Shown: one piece after another, positions 45,412 to 55,408 of the stretch
How the letters are laid out: each line of letters begins with the position of its first letter
Numbering within the stretch: position 1 is the stretch's first letter
From: Candidatus Brockarchaeota archaeon
GTDB taxonomy: Archaea > Thermoproteota > EX4484-205 > JAAOZP01
Direction of reading: 5' to 3'
DNA: 64,000 bases
NCBI GenBank assembly: GCA_017601245.1
Contig: JAFNJB010000053.1
Location: forward strand, 16,501-80,500
Translations under genes and position numbers: made by a program
Notes under the pieces: model-generated
What the model was told of the DNA's origin: nothing
The model's input: the letters and a program-made list of their open reading frames with translations, nothing else
Database searches by the model: none

Positions 45412-45921
45412 TTGAAGGGTTCCTACCTTCTTGTACTATCGGTTAAGAAGAGAATAAGGTTTAAGCCAGGGTCTCTACCCAGGGCTGAGCTGCCGGCAGG
45501 CTGTTATGTCTACGTTGGGTCAGCGAAGGGGCCGGGTGGCTTCGAGAAGAGGGTTTTAAGACATTTGAAGAAGGTTAAGAAGGCCAGGTGGCACATAGAC
45601 TACCTGACGGGGAGGAAGGATGTTGAGGTTGAAAGCGTTTTCTATACCTCGCCCAGGTATAGTGAGTCGCTGTTAATAAATTTCCTAAGCTCCTTAGGCT
45701 TCCGCAAGGTGATAAAAGGCTTTGGCACTACTGACCATCCCGGCGATTTTTCGCACCTCTTATACTCCGGAGAGGATGAGGGGAAAACGATTGATAGGAT
45801 AAAGTCTGCTATGGTTAAGAGGGGGTTTTATTTCATTCTCTTTGAAAAAGATTCTTTAAGGGGCTTTTCCAATCATACTAGGGATGTTCAAAAGGTGGGC
45901 TGGGGGAGAGTACGAGGTTGA
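45412..45921 (+). CDS. DUF123-family (GIY-YIG-like) protein
   Basis: YLLVLSVKK...GCYVYVGSAKGPGGFEKRVLRHL matches the DUF123/GIY-YIG N-terminal pattern. 169 aa. Confidence 0.55.
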   Translation: MKGSYLLVLSVKKRIRFKPGSLPRAELPAGCYVYVGSAKGPGGFEKRVLRHLKKVKKARWHIDYLTGRKDVEVESVFYTSPRYSESLLINFLSSLGFRKVIKGFGTTDHPGDFSHLLYSGEDEGKTIDRIKSAMVKRGFYFILFEKDSLRGFSNHTRDVQKVGWGRVRG

Positions 45922-46162
45922 ATTAACGCTTAAGATCCAAGAGGTCGGCGACCGCCGTCCATTCAAGGCTGTTGAGTGGGGTAACGAGTTGATTCCCCTA
46001 GAAGAGTTTCTAAAGGAGGCAAGGGAGGTTTCTCCTTCTAATCCAAAAAGGATGGTTTTCGAATCTAAGGGTGTGAAAATGAAATTGAGGATAACCGGAA
46101 TAGAGATTTTGAGACGGGGGGATAAATCCATCGACCTTAAGCTAATAGCTGAAAAGGAATAA
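45884..46162 (+). CDS. hypothetical small protein (overlaps the DUF123 3' end by 38 nt)
   Basis: 92 aa ORF with no motif. Uncertain. Confidence 0.25.
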   Translation: MFKRWAGGEYEVELTLKIQEVGDRRPFKAVEWGNELIPLEEFLKEAREVSPSNPKRMVFESKGVKMKLRITGIEILRRGDKSIDLKLIAEKE

Positions 46163-46233
46163 TTTTTCTTTCCTAGAAAACTCCGCCGATTCGAATAAAC
46201 CCTTAAGAGAATAAACGTATCTTAAAAATCGTT

Positions 46234-46740
46234 ATGGGAGAAGATTGGAGTCAGTTAGATCTGGAAAGGCTTAGAATGATAGAGATTGCGGCAAATATTC
46301 ATAGGGTTAAGATAATGATGGAGCTTTCAAAGAAGGGGGATGGTACTGTCACCTCGCTGGCGAAGAGCCTCGGTTACTCCAGGCAATTAGTAAAGCACCA
46401 CTTGGAAACTCTCAATAGGGGTGGGCTTGTCTCCAAGAGGAGGATTGGAAACATGGAGTTTTACAGCATTACTGAAGACGGGAGGACAATACTCTCCGAG
46501 ATACTTAAAATCCATCTTGAAGTTGGGAGGGGGGAGGTCGAAGTATGTAAGCCAGTTGTCAAAGAGAAGAGAACAATAAATGGAGCTGGGTATCTACCAA
46601 TAATCGCGGGAATAACCCCAGTCTTAATATCTCTCATAAAGGGGGTTTTTGAGAATCAACCCCTATGGATAATTGGAGGGCTCATCCTGGGTGTTTTACT
46701 ATATTTGATTTTTTCAAAGCTTATTAAGGTTCTAACGTAG
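46234..46740 (+). CDS. ArsR-like winged-helix regulator fused to C-terminal TM helices (membrane-tethered)
   Basis: wHTH region ([28 protein letters not shown]) followed by two hydrophobic helices ([15 protein letters not shown] and [17 protein letters not shown]). 168 aa. Confidence 0.55.
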   Translation: MGEDWSQLDLERLRMIEIAANIHRVKIMMELSKKGDGTVTSLAKSLGYSRQLVKHHLETLNRGGLVSKRRIGNMEFYSITEDGRTILSEILKIHLEVGRGEVEVCKPVVKEKRTINGAGYLPIIAGITPVLISLIKGVFENQPLWIIGGLILGVLLYLIFSKLIKVLT

Positions 46741-47521
46741 TGTACATTGCACCTGCTTCTTCTCTAACGATGCTGATTAAAGCCCCCGGCTTCACCAGGT
46801 TTCCAATTATAACTCTAACACCCTTCTCGGCAGCACTAAACCCTTCTTCAACCTTTTTGAAAATACCCCCGGTTACGTCACCGGCCGTTATCGATGCTCT
46901 CAAGTTCTTAGCCATACTTCTAGTGAGTCTTGGTATTAAGCTTACGCCAGGGTCGTGCTTCGGGTCTCCAGTGAATACTCCGTCGACATCAGTGCCGTAA
47001 ATTAGTTTTATCGCATTAAGCTCGACAGCAAGACGAGCTGCAATCTGGTCTCCCGAGACTATGGTAAACCTTTTCTCAGAATAGTCCATTGCCACATCCC
47101 CGGGTAAGAGTGGTACTATACCGAGGTTGAGCATCATCCTAAGCGGCTCAGTGAAAAACTTCTCCACCTTCCCAGATGAACATGTTAAACAGCTTACGGG
47201 AGTAACTGGGACTGCTGGGACATTGTAAGATGCTAGACTTGCTAGTATTAGGTGCGTGAGCTCGTTCATCCTTAATTTTACTTTAGTTAAGCCTATTAAT
47301 TGATCTGGATGGAAAAAGCCCTCTGCAATACGGTATTCCGATGCAACGACATGGCCGTAGGAGCCTCCTCCATGTACTAGTATGAACAGGTATTCTCCAC
47401 GTAACTCGGATACTTGTCTTGAGACTTCTTCTATTGTTTGAATATTGGGTGTGAAGGGCTTGTCTTTGATTGTGATTGCGCTTCCACCAAGCTTTACAAT
47501 TACTAAAGGCCTCATTTTCAC
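46724..47521 (-). CDS. isopentenyl phosphate kinase (amino-acid-kinase family)
   Basis: [12 protein letters not shown] and [13 protein letters not shown] (the IPK HGGGSFGH motif). 265 aa. Confidence 0.8.
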   Translation of the reverse strand: MKMRPLVIVKLGGSAITIKDKPFTPNIQTIEEVSRQVSELRGEYLFILVHGGGSYGHVVASEYRIAEGFFHPDQLIGLTKVKLRMNELTHLILASLASYNVPAVPVTPVSCLTCSSGKVEKFFTEPLRMMLNLGIVPLLPGDVAMDYSEKRFTIVSGDQIAARLAVELNAIKLIYGTDVDGVFTGDPKHDPGVSLIPRLTRSMAKNLRASITAGDVTGGIFKKVEEGFSAAEKGVRVIIGNLVKPGALISIVREEAGAMYTTLEP

Positions 47522-48543
47522 TTATTCCGGTAAACAACGTAATCAGCTAGTTCTAATAGGGTCTTCTTAGCTTTAGAATCGGGTATAATGGACAATGATG
47601 ATTTTGCTTTCTCTGCATACAGCCATGCTTCTCTAATAGCATTCTCCCTAACACCAGTTCTCAAAAGGATCTCCAAGGCTTTTTCTAAGTCTTCTTTGGA
47701 AATTTGTTTACTCCTTAAAACATTCAAGAAGAATTGTTTCTCGTCACCGTATATTCTTTCTAAACCCTTGAGTATTAGCATGTTTCCAAGTTTATGCTCG
47801 ATTATGTCTTTCCCAATTTGCTTGCCCGTTTCAGAAGCGGAGCCAAACAAGTCTAGAAGGTCGTCGACTATTTGAAATGAAATTCCAAGGTTTAAGCCGA
47901 ATTCCCTAAACGCTTCAATAACCCTCTCTTCAGCACCGGCTTCGACCGCACCCATCATCGCACTAGCCTCGTATAAAGACGACGTTTTCCTCGTAATCAT
48001 ATTGATATAATCTTCAAAGCTGACGTTTGTCCTTCTATGATCCACCACATAGGGCTCATCTTCCCTGCCGAATTGTTCAAAGAGAACGTCAAGCCTCTCG
48101 CCTTCAACAAGCCTCATTATGTAATAGTCGACTATGGAGAGTAGCCTCTTACTATTCTCTGATTTTAAAAGTAACTCGGAAATAACCTCTCTGTATTGCA
48201 CGGCTGCGAGCAGGGCCATAGTCAGCCCGTATTTTTTCCAGAGCGTGGGTCTTCCTCTCCTAATCTCACCGTGGTCGATTATATCATCTATAATCAGAGT
48301 GTAATTGTGAACTAGTTCAATGGCTGCCGCAGCGTTCAGGGCTTTCTCAGGCACTCCACCGGCTGCTTCACAGCTTAAGAGAACTACCGCTGGCCGAATC
48401 CTCTTACCGCCAGTCTCAATAGGGTATAGGAGAACCTCTTGAAATTCTGGCGAAGCGTTTTCGGAAAGCGCCTCGTAAATAACAGGTTCGACTTCTCTAG
48501 CAATTTCATCCAGTTTCTCCAAGAGGTCCGAGTTGTTCTTCAA
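47518..48543 (-). CDS. short-chain (E)-polyprenyl diphosphate synthase (GGPP synthase-like)
   Basis: FARM LIIDDIIDHGEIRRGRPT and SARM FQIVDDLLD. 341 aa. 4-nt overlap with IPK. Confidence 0.85.
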   Translation of the reverse strand: MKNNSDLLEKLDEIAREVEPVIYEALSENASPEFQEVLLYPIETGGKRIRPAVVLLSCEAAGGVPEKALNAAAAIELVHNYTLIIDDIIDHGEIRRGRPTLWKKYGLTMALLAAVQYREVISELLLKSENSKRLLSIVDYYIMRLVEGERLDVLFEQFGREDEPYVVDHRRTNVSFEDYINMITRKTSSLYEASAMMGAVEAGAEERVIEAFREFGLNLGISFQIVDDLLDLFGSASETGKQIGKDIIEHKLGNMLILKGLERIYGDEKQFFLNVLRSKQISKEDLEKALEILLRTGVRENAIREAWLYAEKAKSSLSIIPDSKAKKTLLELADYVVYRNK

Positions 48544-48609
48544 TACGAAGATTAAGACTCCAACGCATATTTAAAGACTACTTAAGACGGTACAGCTAAG
48601 CTTTTATCA

Positions 48610-49602
48610 ATGTCGCATTATGCTAGGGGAAGAATAGTGATGAACATCGCAGTAGTAACCTCTGGAGGAGACGCTCCCGGTATGAACGCTGCTATCAGGG
48701 CTGTTGTCAGAGCCGCCTCCGGTCAAGGTTTAAGAGTAATAGGGGTTGAAAAAGGCTTCTTAGGTTTAATAGAAAACCTGTTCAGGCCCCTTACTCCGAG
48801 GGATGTTAGCGGGATAATAAACACTGGCGGTAGTATTCTAAAATCCAGCAGGTGCGATTTATTCAAGACTCCGGAGGGATTGGAAAAAGCCTCTGAGAAC
48901 CTGAAGTCTTGGAAAGTAGATTGGGTTATTGCCCTAGGCGGAGACGGGTCCATGAGGGGGGCTTTAAGTCTTAGTAAGGTGAGTGGCATACCTGTCACGG
49001 TCATAGCCTCATCGATAGATAACGATATCGCTGGAATAGATGAGACGATAGGATTTGACAGCGCAGTGAATACTGCAGTGGAAGCAATAGACAAGATTAG
49101 GGATACCGCAGTAACATACGACAGGGTTTTCATCGTTGAAGTCATGGGTAGGAATCGCGGCTTCCTGGCGCTGGAGGTTGCCTTGGCTTCAGGCGCCGAG
49201 TTCGCAGTAATACCTGAACACCGTATTTCAATAGAAGAAATTGGGAAGAGAATAAGGCAAATGGGAGAGATAGGTAAGAAGTCGAGCATAATAGTGAAGG
49301 CTGAAGGTGCCATGGGGGATCCCTTCCAAATGGCTTCACAATTAAGGAGATTAACTGGTTACGACTTAAGAGTGACTGTCTTAGGATACATCCAAAGAGG
49401 GGGCGTGCCTACTGCAAGATCCAGGAACCTCGCATGTCTATTCGGAAACCATGCTGTGAAACTGGCAATAGAAGGTAAGAAGAATAGGCTCGTGGGTCTT
49501 AAAGACGGTAAGGTAGTTGATTTGGATATTGAGGAATCATGTAGTAGCATTAAGAAAATAGACGAGGATAAATATGAATTGGTCAGCATACTGGCTGTTT
49601 GA
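48610..49602 (+). CDS. 6-phosphofructokinase, PFK-A family, with ATP-type signature residues
   Basis: VVTSGGDAPGMNAAIRAVV, IALGGDGS (GGDG), and ASSIDNDIAGIDETIGF (a small residue, not Lys, before IDND). 330 aa. Confidence 0.85.
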   Translation: MSHYARGRIVMNIAVVTSGGDAPGMNAAIRAVVRAASGQGLRVIGVEKGFLGLIENLFRPLTPRDVSGIINTGGSILKSSRCDLFKTPEGLEKASENLKSWKVDWVIALGGDGSMRGALSLSKVSGIPVTVIASSIDNDIAGIDETIGFDSAVNTAVEAIDKIRDTAVTYDRVFIVEVMGRNRGFLALEVALASGAEFAVIPEHRISIEEIGKRIRQMGEIGKKSSIIVKAEGAMGDPFQMASQLRRLTGYDLRVTVLGYIQRGGVPTARSRNLACLFGNHAVKLAIEGKKNRLVGLKDGKVVDLDIEESCSSIKKIDEDKYELVSILAV

Positions 49603-49707
49603 ATTCTTTCAACAGTTTTTTCGAATCCCTGAAAAGTACTTTTTCCTCATAAGCTAATTCGGAAAACCTATTTATATCCTATTGAAAAATCCTCCAGTAA
49701 AAAATAG

Positions 49708-51984
49708 ATGTCCAACCAGAAATCTGAAGAAGTAGTTGCCTACAGGATTAACGTAAACGGTATAGTGCAGGGCGTCGGATACAGGCCGTTCGTATACCGT
49801 ATAGCTACTGAACTCGGTTTAAACGGGTTTGTTCTTAACTCTGGGAATGGTGTTATAATCGAGGTTGAGGGCAAGCTTGACGATTGTTTAAAATTCATAG
49901 AGAGGCTTAGGACGGAGAAGCCGCCGAGAGCGATTGTTAAAAACCTGGTTTATGAAAGAATTCCCTTAAAGGGTTATGGTGAATTCAAAGTAGAGAAGAC
50001 TGTTAATGGGGAAGTGGAAACCCTTTGCCCACCCGATGTAGCGGTATGCCAAGACTGTTTAAACGAGCTTTTTAACCAAGTTGACAGGAGGTATCTGTAC
50101 CCCTTCATAAACTGTATAAACTGTGGCCCGCGTTTTACAATATTAGAGAAACTACCCTATGACAGGGTTAATACAAGCATGAAATCTTTCGAAATGTGCG
50201 GAGAATGTGTAAGGGAGTATTCCGATCCGTTGGATAGGAGGTTTAAGGCTGAGCCGAATGCATGTAGATCATGTGGCCCTAGTGTTAAGCTATATGGTAG
50301 AGACGGGTTGTTGAGAGTGTCAAACCCTATTTCGGAGGCTGCGAGACTGATAAACGAGGGCTTCATAGTTGCGGTTAAGGGCTACGGTGGATTCCACTTA
50401 GCTTGCGATGCAACCAATAGAGATGTCGTGTTAGAATTGAGAAGGAGGAAGAAGAGAGGCAATAAGCCCTTTGCAATCATGGTTAAGAATATTGAAGAGG
50501 CTGAGAGTATAGTCGAGCTCAGCGATTCTGAGAAAAAATGGCTTCTACACTATTCTGCTCCGATAATTCTCGCGAAGAAGAGAGTGCCCAATCCGGTTGT
50601 GGAAGAAGTCGCCCCCGGCATGAAGTATCTGGGCGTTTTCCTACCTTATACTCCAATACACCATATTCTCATGAGGGGGGTTAAGCCTTCTGCAATAGTC
50701 TTAACGAGCGGAAACGTTTCAGAGGAGCCGATAATCTTTAGGGATGAAGAAGCTTTTGAAAAACTTGGGAATATAGCGGATTACATATTGACGTATAACC
50801 GTAGGATAGTTAACTTTGCAGACGATTCCGTTGGGTTTGTACAAGACGATTCGTTAAGGCTAGTTAGGAGGAGCAGGGGTTTCGTACCGGAGCCTGTTGA
50901 AGTCGAATTGAATATTGACGGTGTCTTAGCAATGGGTGCTGACTTGAATAATACTTTTGCAATAGCGAAAAGGGGCAGGGTATTCCTCAGTCAGTACATG
51001 GGTGATTTGGAAAACATTTTCATCAGGAGAAGATACGTTGAGACCGTAAAGAGTTTAAAGCGGCTTCTCAATCTAGATTACAAGACCATTGCCTATGATC
51101 TGCATCCCGGATACTATTCTTCACAGATAGGGTTATCGCTGAAGGGCAATAAGATTCCCATACAGCATCACTATGCTCATATTCTTTCAGCAATGGCTGA
51201 AAACAAGATTCTAAACCAGGATGTTTTAGGCATAGCTTTCGACGGTACGGGATATGGGGATGATGGAAACCTGTGGGGCTCAGAATTCATAGTAGTCAGA
51301 AATGGGGAGTATTTCAGGAGGGGGCATTTGAAATATGTTCCAATGCCAGGTGGTGAAAAAGCGATTGTAGAACCCGTTAGGATGGCTTTCAGCTATTTAT
51401 ACGATGCGATGGGGGAAGATGCGTTGAAAATCGATATTGGAATAGGAGATAGGATAAAGACGTTTTTGAAAAAGATGATTGAAAAAGGGATCAACGTGCC
51501 GAGGACCTGCGGCTTAGGTAGATTATTCGACGCCGTATCAGCACTATTAGGAGTGTGTTTAAAGAGGACTTTTGAAGGAGAACCTGCTATTATGCTTGAA
51601 ATGGTTGCTTCCGACGGTATTGAGGAGAGCTATCCCTTCAGCATAGTTGGGGGGAGAGAATACATTGTGGATACTGCGCCAATAATACTTTCAATAATCG
51701 AAGATTTGAAGAAGAACGTTCCGGCGAGTAAGATAAGCACGCGGTTCCACGAGACTATTGTAAGGCTTACAGTTGAACTTGCTGAGACGATAAGGCTTGA
51801 AGAGGAAGTTAAGAACATTGTTTTAAGCGGGGGCGTTTTCCAAAACAGGATAATCTCGTCCAGGATTAAGAGGGCTATGGAGGAACGTGGCTTAAGAGTC
51901 TTCTGCAATAACTTAATACCTACCAACGATGGTGGAATATCTCTTGGACAGGCCGTAGCCACGGGTTTTAAGACGGGTGGTTGA
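49708..51984 (+). CDS. hypF: [NiFe]-hydrogenase maturation carbamoyltransferase HypF
   Basis: Acylphosphatase-like N-terminus (YRINVNGIVQGVGYRPFV), two CxxC zinc-finger pairs, a YrdC-like region, and a Kae1-like C-terminus. 758 aa. Confidence 0.9.
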   Translation: MSNQKSEEVVAYRINVNGIVQGVGYRPFVYRIATELGLNGFVLNSGNGVIIEVEGKLDDCLKFIERLRTEKPPRAIVKNLVYERIPLKGYGEFKVEKTVNGEVETLCPPDVAVCQDCLNELFNQVDRRYLYPFINCINCGPRFTILEKLPYDRVNTSMKSFEMCGECVREYSDPLDRRFKAEPNACRSCGPSVKLYGRDGLLRVSNPISEAARLINEGFIVAVKGYGGFHLACDATNRDVVLELRRRKKRGNKPFAIMVKNIEEAESIVELSDSEKKWLLHYSAPIILAKKRVPNPVVEEVAPGMKYLGVFLPYTPIHHILMRGVKPSAIVLTSGNVSEEPIIFRDEEAFEKLGNIADYILTYNRRIVNFADDSVGFVQDDSLRLVRRSRGFVPEPVEVELNIDGVLAMGADLNNTFAIAKRGRVFLSQYMGDLENIFIRRRYVETVKSLKRLLNLDYKTIAYDLHPGYYSSQIGLSLKGNKIPIQHHYAHILSAMAENKILNQDVLGIAFDGTGYGDDGNLWGSEFIVVRNGEYFRRGHLKYVPMPGGEKAIVEPVRMAFSYLYDAMGEDALKIDIGIGDRIKTFLKKMIEKGINVPRTCGLGRLFDAVSALLGVCLKRTFEGEPAIMLEMVASDGIEESYPFSIVGGREYIVDTAPIILSIIEDLKKNVPASKISTRFHETIVRLTVELAETIRLEEEVKNIVLSGGVFQNRIISSRIKRAMEERGLRVFCNNLIPTNDGGISLGQAVATGFKTGG

Positions 51985-52201
51985 TATGTGCCTCGGCATA
52001 CCCGGTAGAGTCGAGGAAGTAAAAGGTGATGAAGCAATAGTGTCTTTCGGAGGTGCTCGTAGAAGTGTGAGGCTGGATCTTGTCGACAATGTTTCAGTAG
52101 GAGACTACGTTATCGTCCATGCGGGGTTTGCCATACAAGTCTTAGACCAGGAGGCCGCTCTGGAAATGTTGGAGATGCTAAGGGAGATGTTTAGAGAATG
52201 A
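51977..52201 (+). CDS. hypC: hydrogenase maturation factor HypC
   Basis: N-terminal MCLGIPGRV (the MC[LI][GA][LVI]P motif). 74 aa. Confidence 0.85.
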   Translation: MVDMCLGIPGRVEEVKGDEAIVSFGGARRSVRLDLVDNVSVGDYVIVHAGFAIQVLDQEAALEMLEMLREMFRE

Positions 52202-53295
52202 GGTTCATACACGAGTATAGGGATAGGGAACTGGTTGTTAGAATAGCTGAAAAAGCTAATGAGTTTTTGGAAAGCCTTGGGAGAGAAGTCAAGATAATGG
52301 AGGTTTGTGGAACACACACAATGGCTGTTGCAAGACATGGTTTAAAAGCCCTTTTCAAAGATAGTCTCGACCTTATCTCTGGTCCAGGCTGTCCCATATG
52401 TGTTACACCGGACTCCGGCTTCTCGATGGTTTTTCAAGCAGCTGAAAAAGGCAAGGCCGTATTGGTTTTCGGGGATATGATGAGGGTCCCGTTGAACGGT
52501 AGGAGCCTGTTGAGCCTCAAAGGCGAGGGGCTCGACGTGAGAGTCATCTACTCTCCTTACGATGCTCTTAAAATAGCTGAGAGAGAACCCGGAAAAGAAT
52601 TCGTCATGGCTGGGATAGGTTTCGAAACCACTTCACCCCTCTTCGCCTCAACCATACTCCAATGCGTGAACAGAGGCATTAGAAACCTTAGGCTAATAAG
52701 CCTTTTCAAACTGATACCGCCGGCTTTAAACAAGCTCCTGGAGGCAGATGATCTTGAGATAGATGGTATGATCCTCCCAGGACATGTAAGCACGATAATA
52801 GGTATTAAACCGTACGTTGAGCTCGTTGAGAAACACAGTATCCCAGCCGTTATAGCCGGCTTCGAACCCGTTGACATCGTGGAGGCAATTTACATGATAT
52901 TGAAGCAACTAGTTGAAAACAGGAGAGAAGTCGAGAACGAGTATTCTAGGACGGTTAGGTATGAGGGGAATGTTAAGGCAATAAGAATCATGAGGGAGGT
53001 CTTTAAACCGGTTGACTCCGAATGGCGTGGCCTAGGTTTAATAGGGGAGAGCGGCCTAGCCTTAAGGAAAGAGTATGCTTATTTCGACGCTGTCGAAGAA
53101 TATGGTCTGAAACCAGTTGAAACGGTTAAGCCCAAGGGATGCTTATGCGGAGAAGTCGTCAGGGGAAGCAAGAAGCCTTTTGAGTGCAGCCTCTATAAGA
53201 AAGTATGTAGACCTGATAATCCTGTAGGTCCATGCATGGTTTCATCGGAAGGTACTTGTGCAGCTTATTTCTATGCTGATTCTGGAAACGAGTAG
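52198..53295 (+). CDS. hypD: hydrogenase maturation factor HypD
   Basis: CGTHT, GPGCPICV and C-terminal Cys motifs. 365 aa. Confidence 0.9.
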   Translation: MRFIHEYRDRELVVRIAEKANEFLESLGREVKIMEVCGTHTMAVARHGLKALFKDSLDLISGPGCPICVTPDSGFSMVFQAAEKGKAVLVFGDMMRVPLNGRSLLSLKGEGLDVRVIYSPYDALKIAEREPGKEFVMAGIGFETTSPLFASTILQCVNRGIRNLRLISLFKLIPPALNKLLEADDLEIDGMILPGHVSTIIGIKPYVELVEKHSIPAVIAGFEPVDIVEAIYMILKQLVENRREVENEYSRTVRYEGNVKAIRIMREVFKPVDSEWRGLGLIGESGLALRKEYAYFDAVEEYGLKPVETVKPKGCLCGEVVRGSKKPFECSLYKKVCRPDNPVGPCMVSSEGTCAAYFYADSGNE

Positions 53296-53331
53296 CTCGC
53301 AACGCTTTGAAAGAACGGCTTATTAAGAACA

Positions 53332-54228
53332 GTGTACTTCAAAATCGATTCGATGAAGATGGACAGTGGTTATTTAACAGCAAGCGATGGTGTAAAACTA
53401 TTCTACCAATACTGGTTGCCTGAGAAAGTTGAAAGGATACTCGTATGTATACATGGTGCTTCCAGCCACTCTGGAGAATTCGCCTACTTGGGGAATTACT
53501 TATCGTCTAAAGACGTGTTAACTTTCACCCTAGACCTGAGGTCCAATGGGCGTTCCGGAGGTGAAAGGGGAGATATCGAAGACATTAGAATTCAATTAAA
53601 CGACATAGATGAAATGGTTAATCAACTCAAGGATGAATGGCGAAAACCAATTTACATGCTAGGCCACAGTTTAGGAGCTTCGTATGCTCTATGGTATGGT
53701 TCTGAATATTATGAAAAGTTAGCTGGACTAGTACTGGTTGCTCCAGCCATAAGGCTTAAGACGGGTTTACTGGGCATTCCTGCACCACTATCCGATCTTT
53801 GGAAGTTTCCCTTATACAGCGTTTTCATGCCAAGTAAAAAGTGGGATGTTTCAAGAGGTTGGCCGCAGCGTTTTAGAGAAAGCGAAGATGGCAAGTGTAT
53901 TCTCAACGATGAGAATTGCGTGAAAGAATTTACATTCCGCTACTTAATCAACCTGAGTAAAGTAGGGGGGAGAGCGTGTTTAAAACTCGCTTCTAAAGTA
54001 AATATTCCAACTCTAATTCTTCAAGGAGTTGACGATGAGCTTGTCGAACCGAGGGGGGCTGAAGAGCTTTATGAAAAACTAATCGCCCAAGTTAAGGAAT
54101 TGAGGATTTTTGAAGGGGCTGACCATTGCTTCCACGGATTGTTCTCCCTCAGGCCTTCAATGGGAGAGTTTGAACAAGAAAAGCAGCAAATATGTCAAAC
54201 CATTTATGATTGGTTGACTAGGTTTTAA
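53332..54228 (+). CDS. alpha/beta-hydrolase (lysophospholipase/monoacylglycerol-lipase-like)
   Basis: HGASSHSGEF, nucleophile elbow GHSLGAS, and C-terminal GADH. 298 aa. Confidence 0.75.
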   Translation: MYFKIDSMKMDSGYLTASDGVKLFYQYWLPEKVERILVCIHGASSHSGEFAYLGNYLSSKDVLTFTLDLRSNGRSGGERGDIEDIRIQLNDIDEMVNQLKDEWRKPIYMLGHSLGASYALWYGSEYYEKLAGLVLVAPAIRLKTGLLGIPAPLSDLWKFPLYSVFMPSKKWDVSRGWPQRFRESEDGKCILNDENCVKEFTFRYLINLSKVGGRACLKLASKVNIPTLILQGVDDELVEPRGAEELYEKLIAQVKELRIFEGADHCFHGLFSLRPSMGEFEQEKQQICQTIYDWLTRF

Positions 54229-54404
54229 AACTAAGGCCTATTTGCGATTTTAACTCCGGAAAGATAATTTCTACAAGACAATTATTCTATTTTTTAGACA
54301 AATATTCAACGAGTTGTAATAGATGGATCTGCTAGAAAAAGCTTAATTTCTAATTAAGAGTTGAAATCTCAAACAAGGAATAGTCCTATGAGGGTTGAGA
54401 GAAA

Positions 54405-55406
54405 TTGAATGGGAGGATAGTCTTAGAACATGGTGCCGGCGGGAGGCTAATGCACGAGTTAATTAAGGAAATATCTACTAGGATAAATGTTGCAAGCAGA
54501 GGGGTTGACAAAGCTGTTTTCAGAACGCCTAATGGCAAGATCGCTTTCACAACGGATTCGTTCGTAATGAAGCCTCCTGTGATAAAGGGTTGTGACATAG
54601 GCATGCTCTCGGTAAACGGGACTGTTAACGACCTCGTCACAATGGGGGCTAAGCCGGAATATTTGAGCCTCTCACTGATAATAGAGGAAGGCTTGGAGAG
54701 AGATTTCTTAATGAGAATAATAGAAAGCATTAGAGAAGCATCTGAAAAAGCGAGAGTAAAAATAGTAACTGGAGATATTAAGGTCGTTGAGAAGGGTGGT
54801 TGCGATAAGATTTTCATAAATACTTCTGGAATCGGTAAAGTCTACCGTGGAGTTGTATCCTCAACGTTAAACGCTAAGCCTGGAGATGTTATCATAGTTA
54901 CCGGTAGTATCGGCGACCATGGTGCAGCAGTATTAGCTGCAAGAGGCGAGTTTCAGTTTGAAGTAGATGTTTCCAGCGATTGTGCTCCTTTAACAAGCGT
55001 TCTTGAAACGCTTGTTAAGAAAAAAGTGATTTTTCACACGTTGATAGACCCTACTAGGGGTGGCTTAGCCACTTCTCTCAACGAGGTTGCCGAATCCTCT
55101 AGGGTTGCAATAGAGGTTGAGGAAGAGTCCATTCCCGTGAAAGAAGAGGTTCAAGGTTTTTGCGAAGTGCTCGGCATAGAGCCTTTTTACCTAGGCTGTG
55201 AAGGTAGGCTTGTAATATTCACTCCAGAGGACTATGCAGATAGGGCAGTCAGGTCTTTGAAGAATCTTGAAGTCAGTAGAGACGCGTGTGTAATAGGAAG
55301 AGTCTTGGGCAAGTCTAAGAAGGGAGAAGTTAAGATTAAGACGAGGTCTGGCGGATTGAGGAGCCTGCCAATGCTTCAGGGAATACCTCTTCCAAGGATA
55401 TGTTGA
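54405..55406 (+). CDS. hypE: hydrogenase maturation factor HypE
   Basis: AIR-synthase-related fold with a C-terminal PRIC motif. 333 aa. Confidence 0.9.
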   Translation: MNGRIVLEHGAGGRLMHELIKEISTRINVASRGVDKAVFRTPNGKIAFTTDSFVMKPPVIKGCDIGMLSVNGTVNDLVTMGAKPEYLSLSLIIEEGLERDFLMRIIESIREASEKARVKIVTGDIKVVEKGGCDKIFINTSGIGKVYRGVVSSTLNAKPGDVIIVTGSIGDHGAAVLAARGEFQFEVDVSSDCAPLTSVLETLVKKKVIFHTLIDPTRGGLATSLNEVAESSRVAIEVEEESIPVKEEVQGFCEVLGIEPFYLGCEGRLVIFTPEDYADRAVRSLKNLEVSRDACVIGRVLGKSKKGEVKIKTRSGGLRSLPMLQGIPLPRIC

Positions 55407-55408
55407 AC

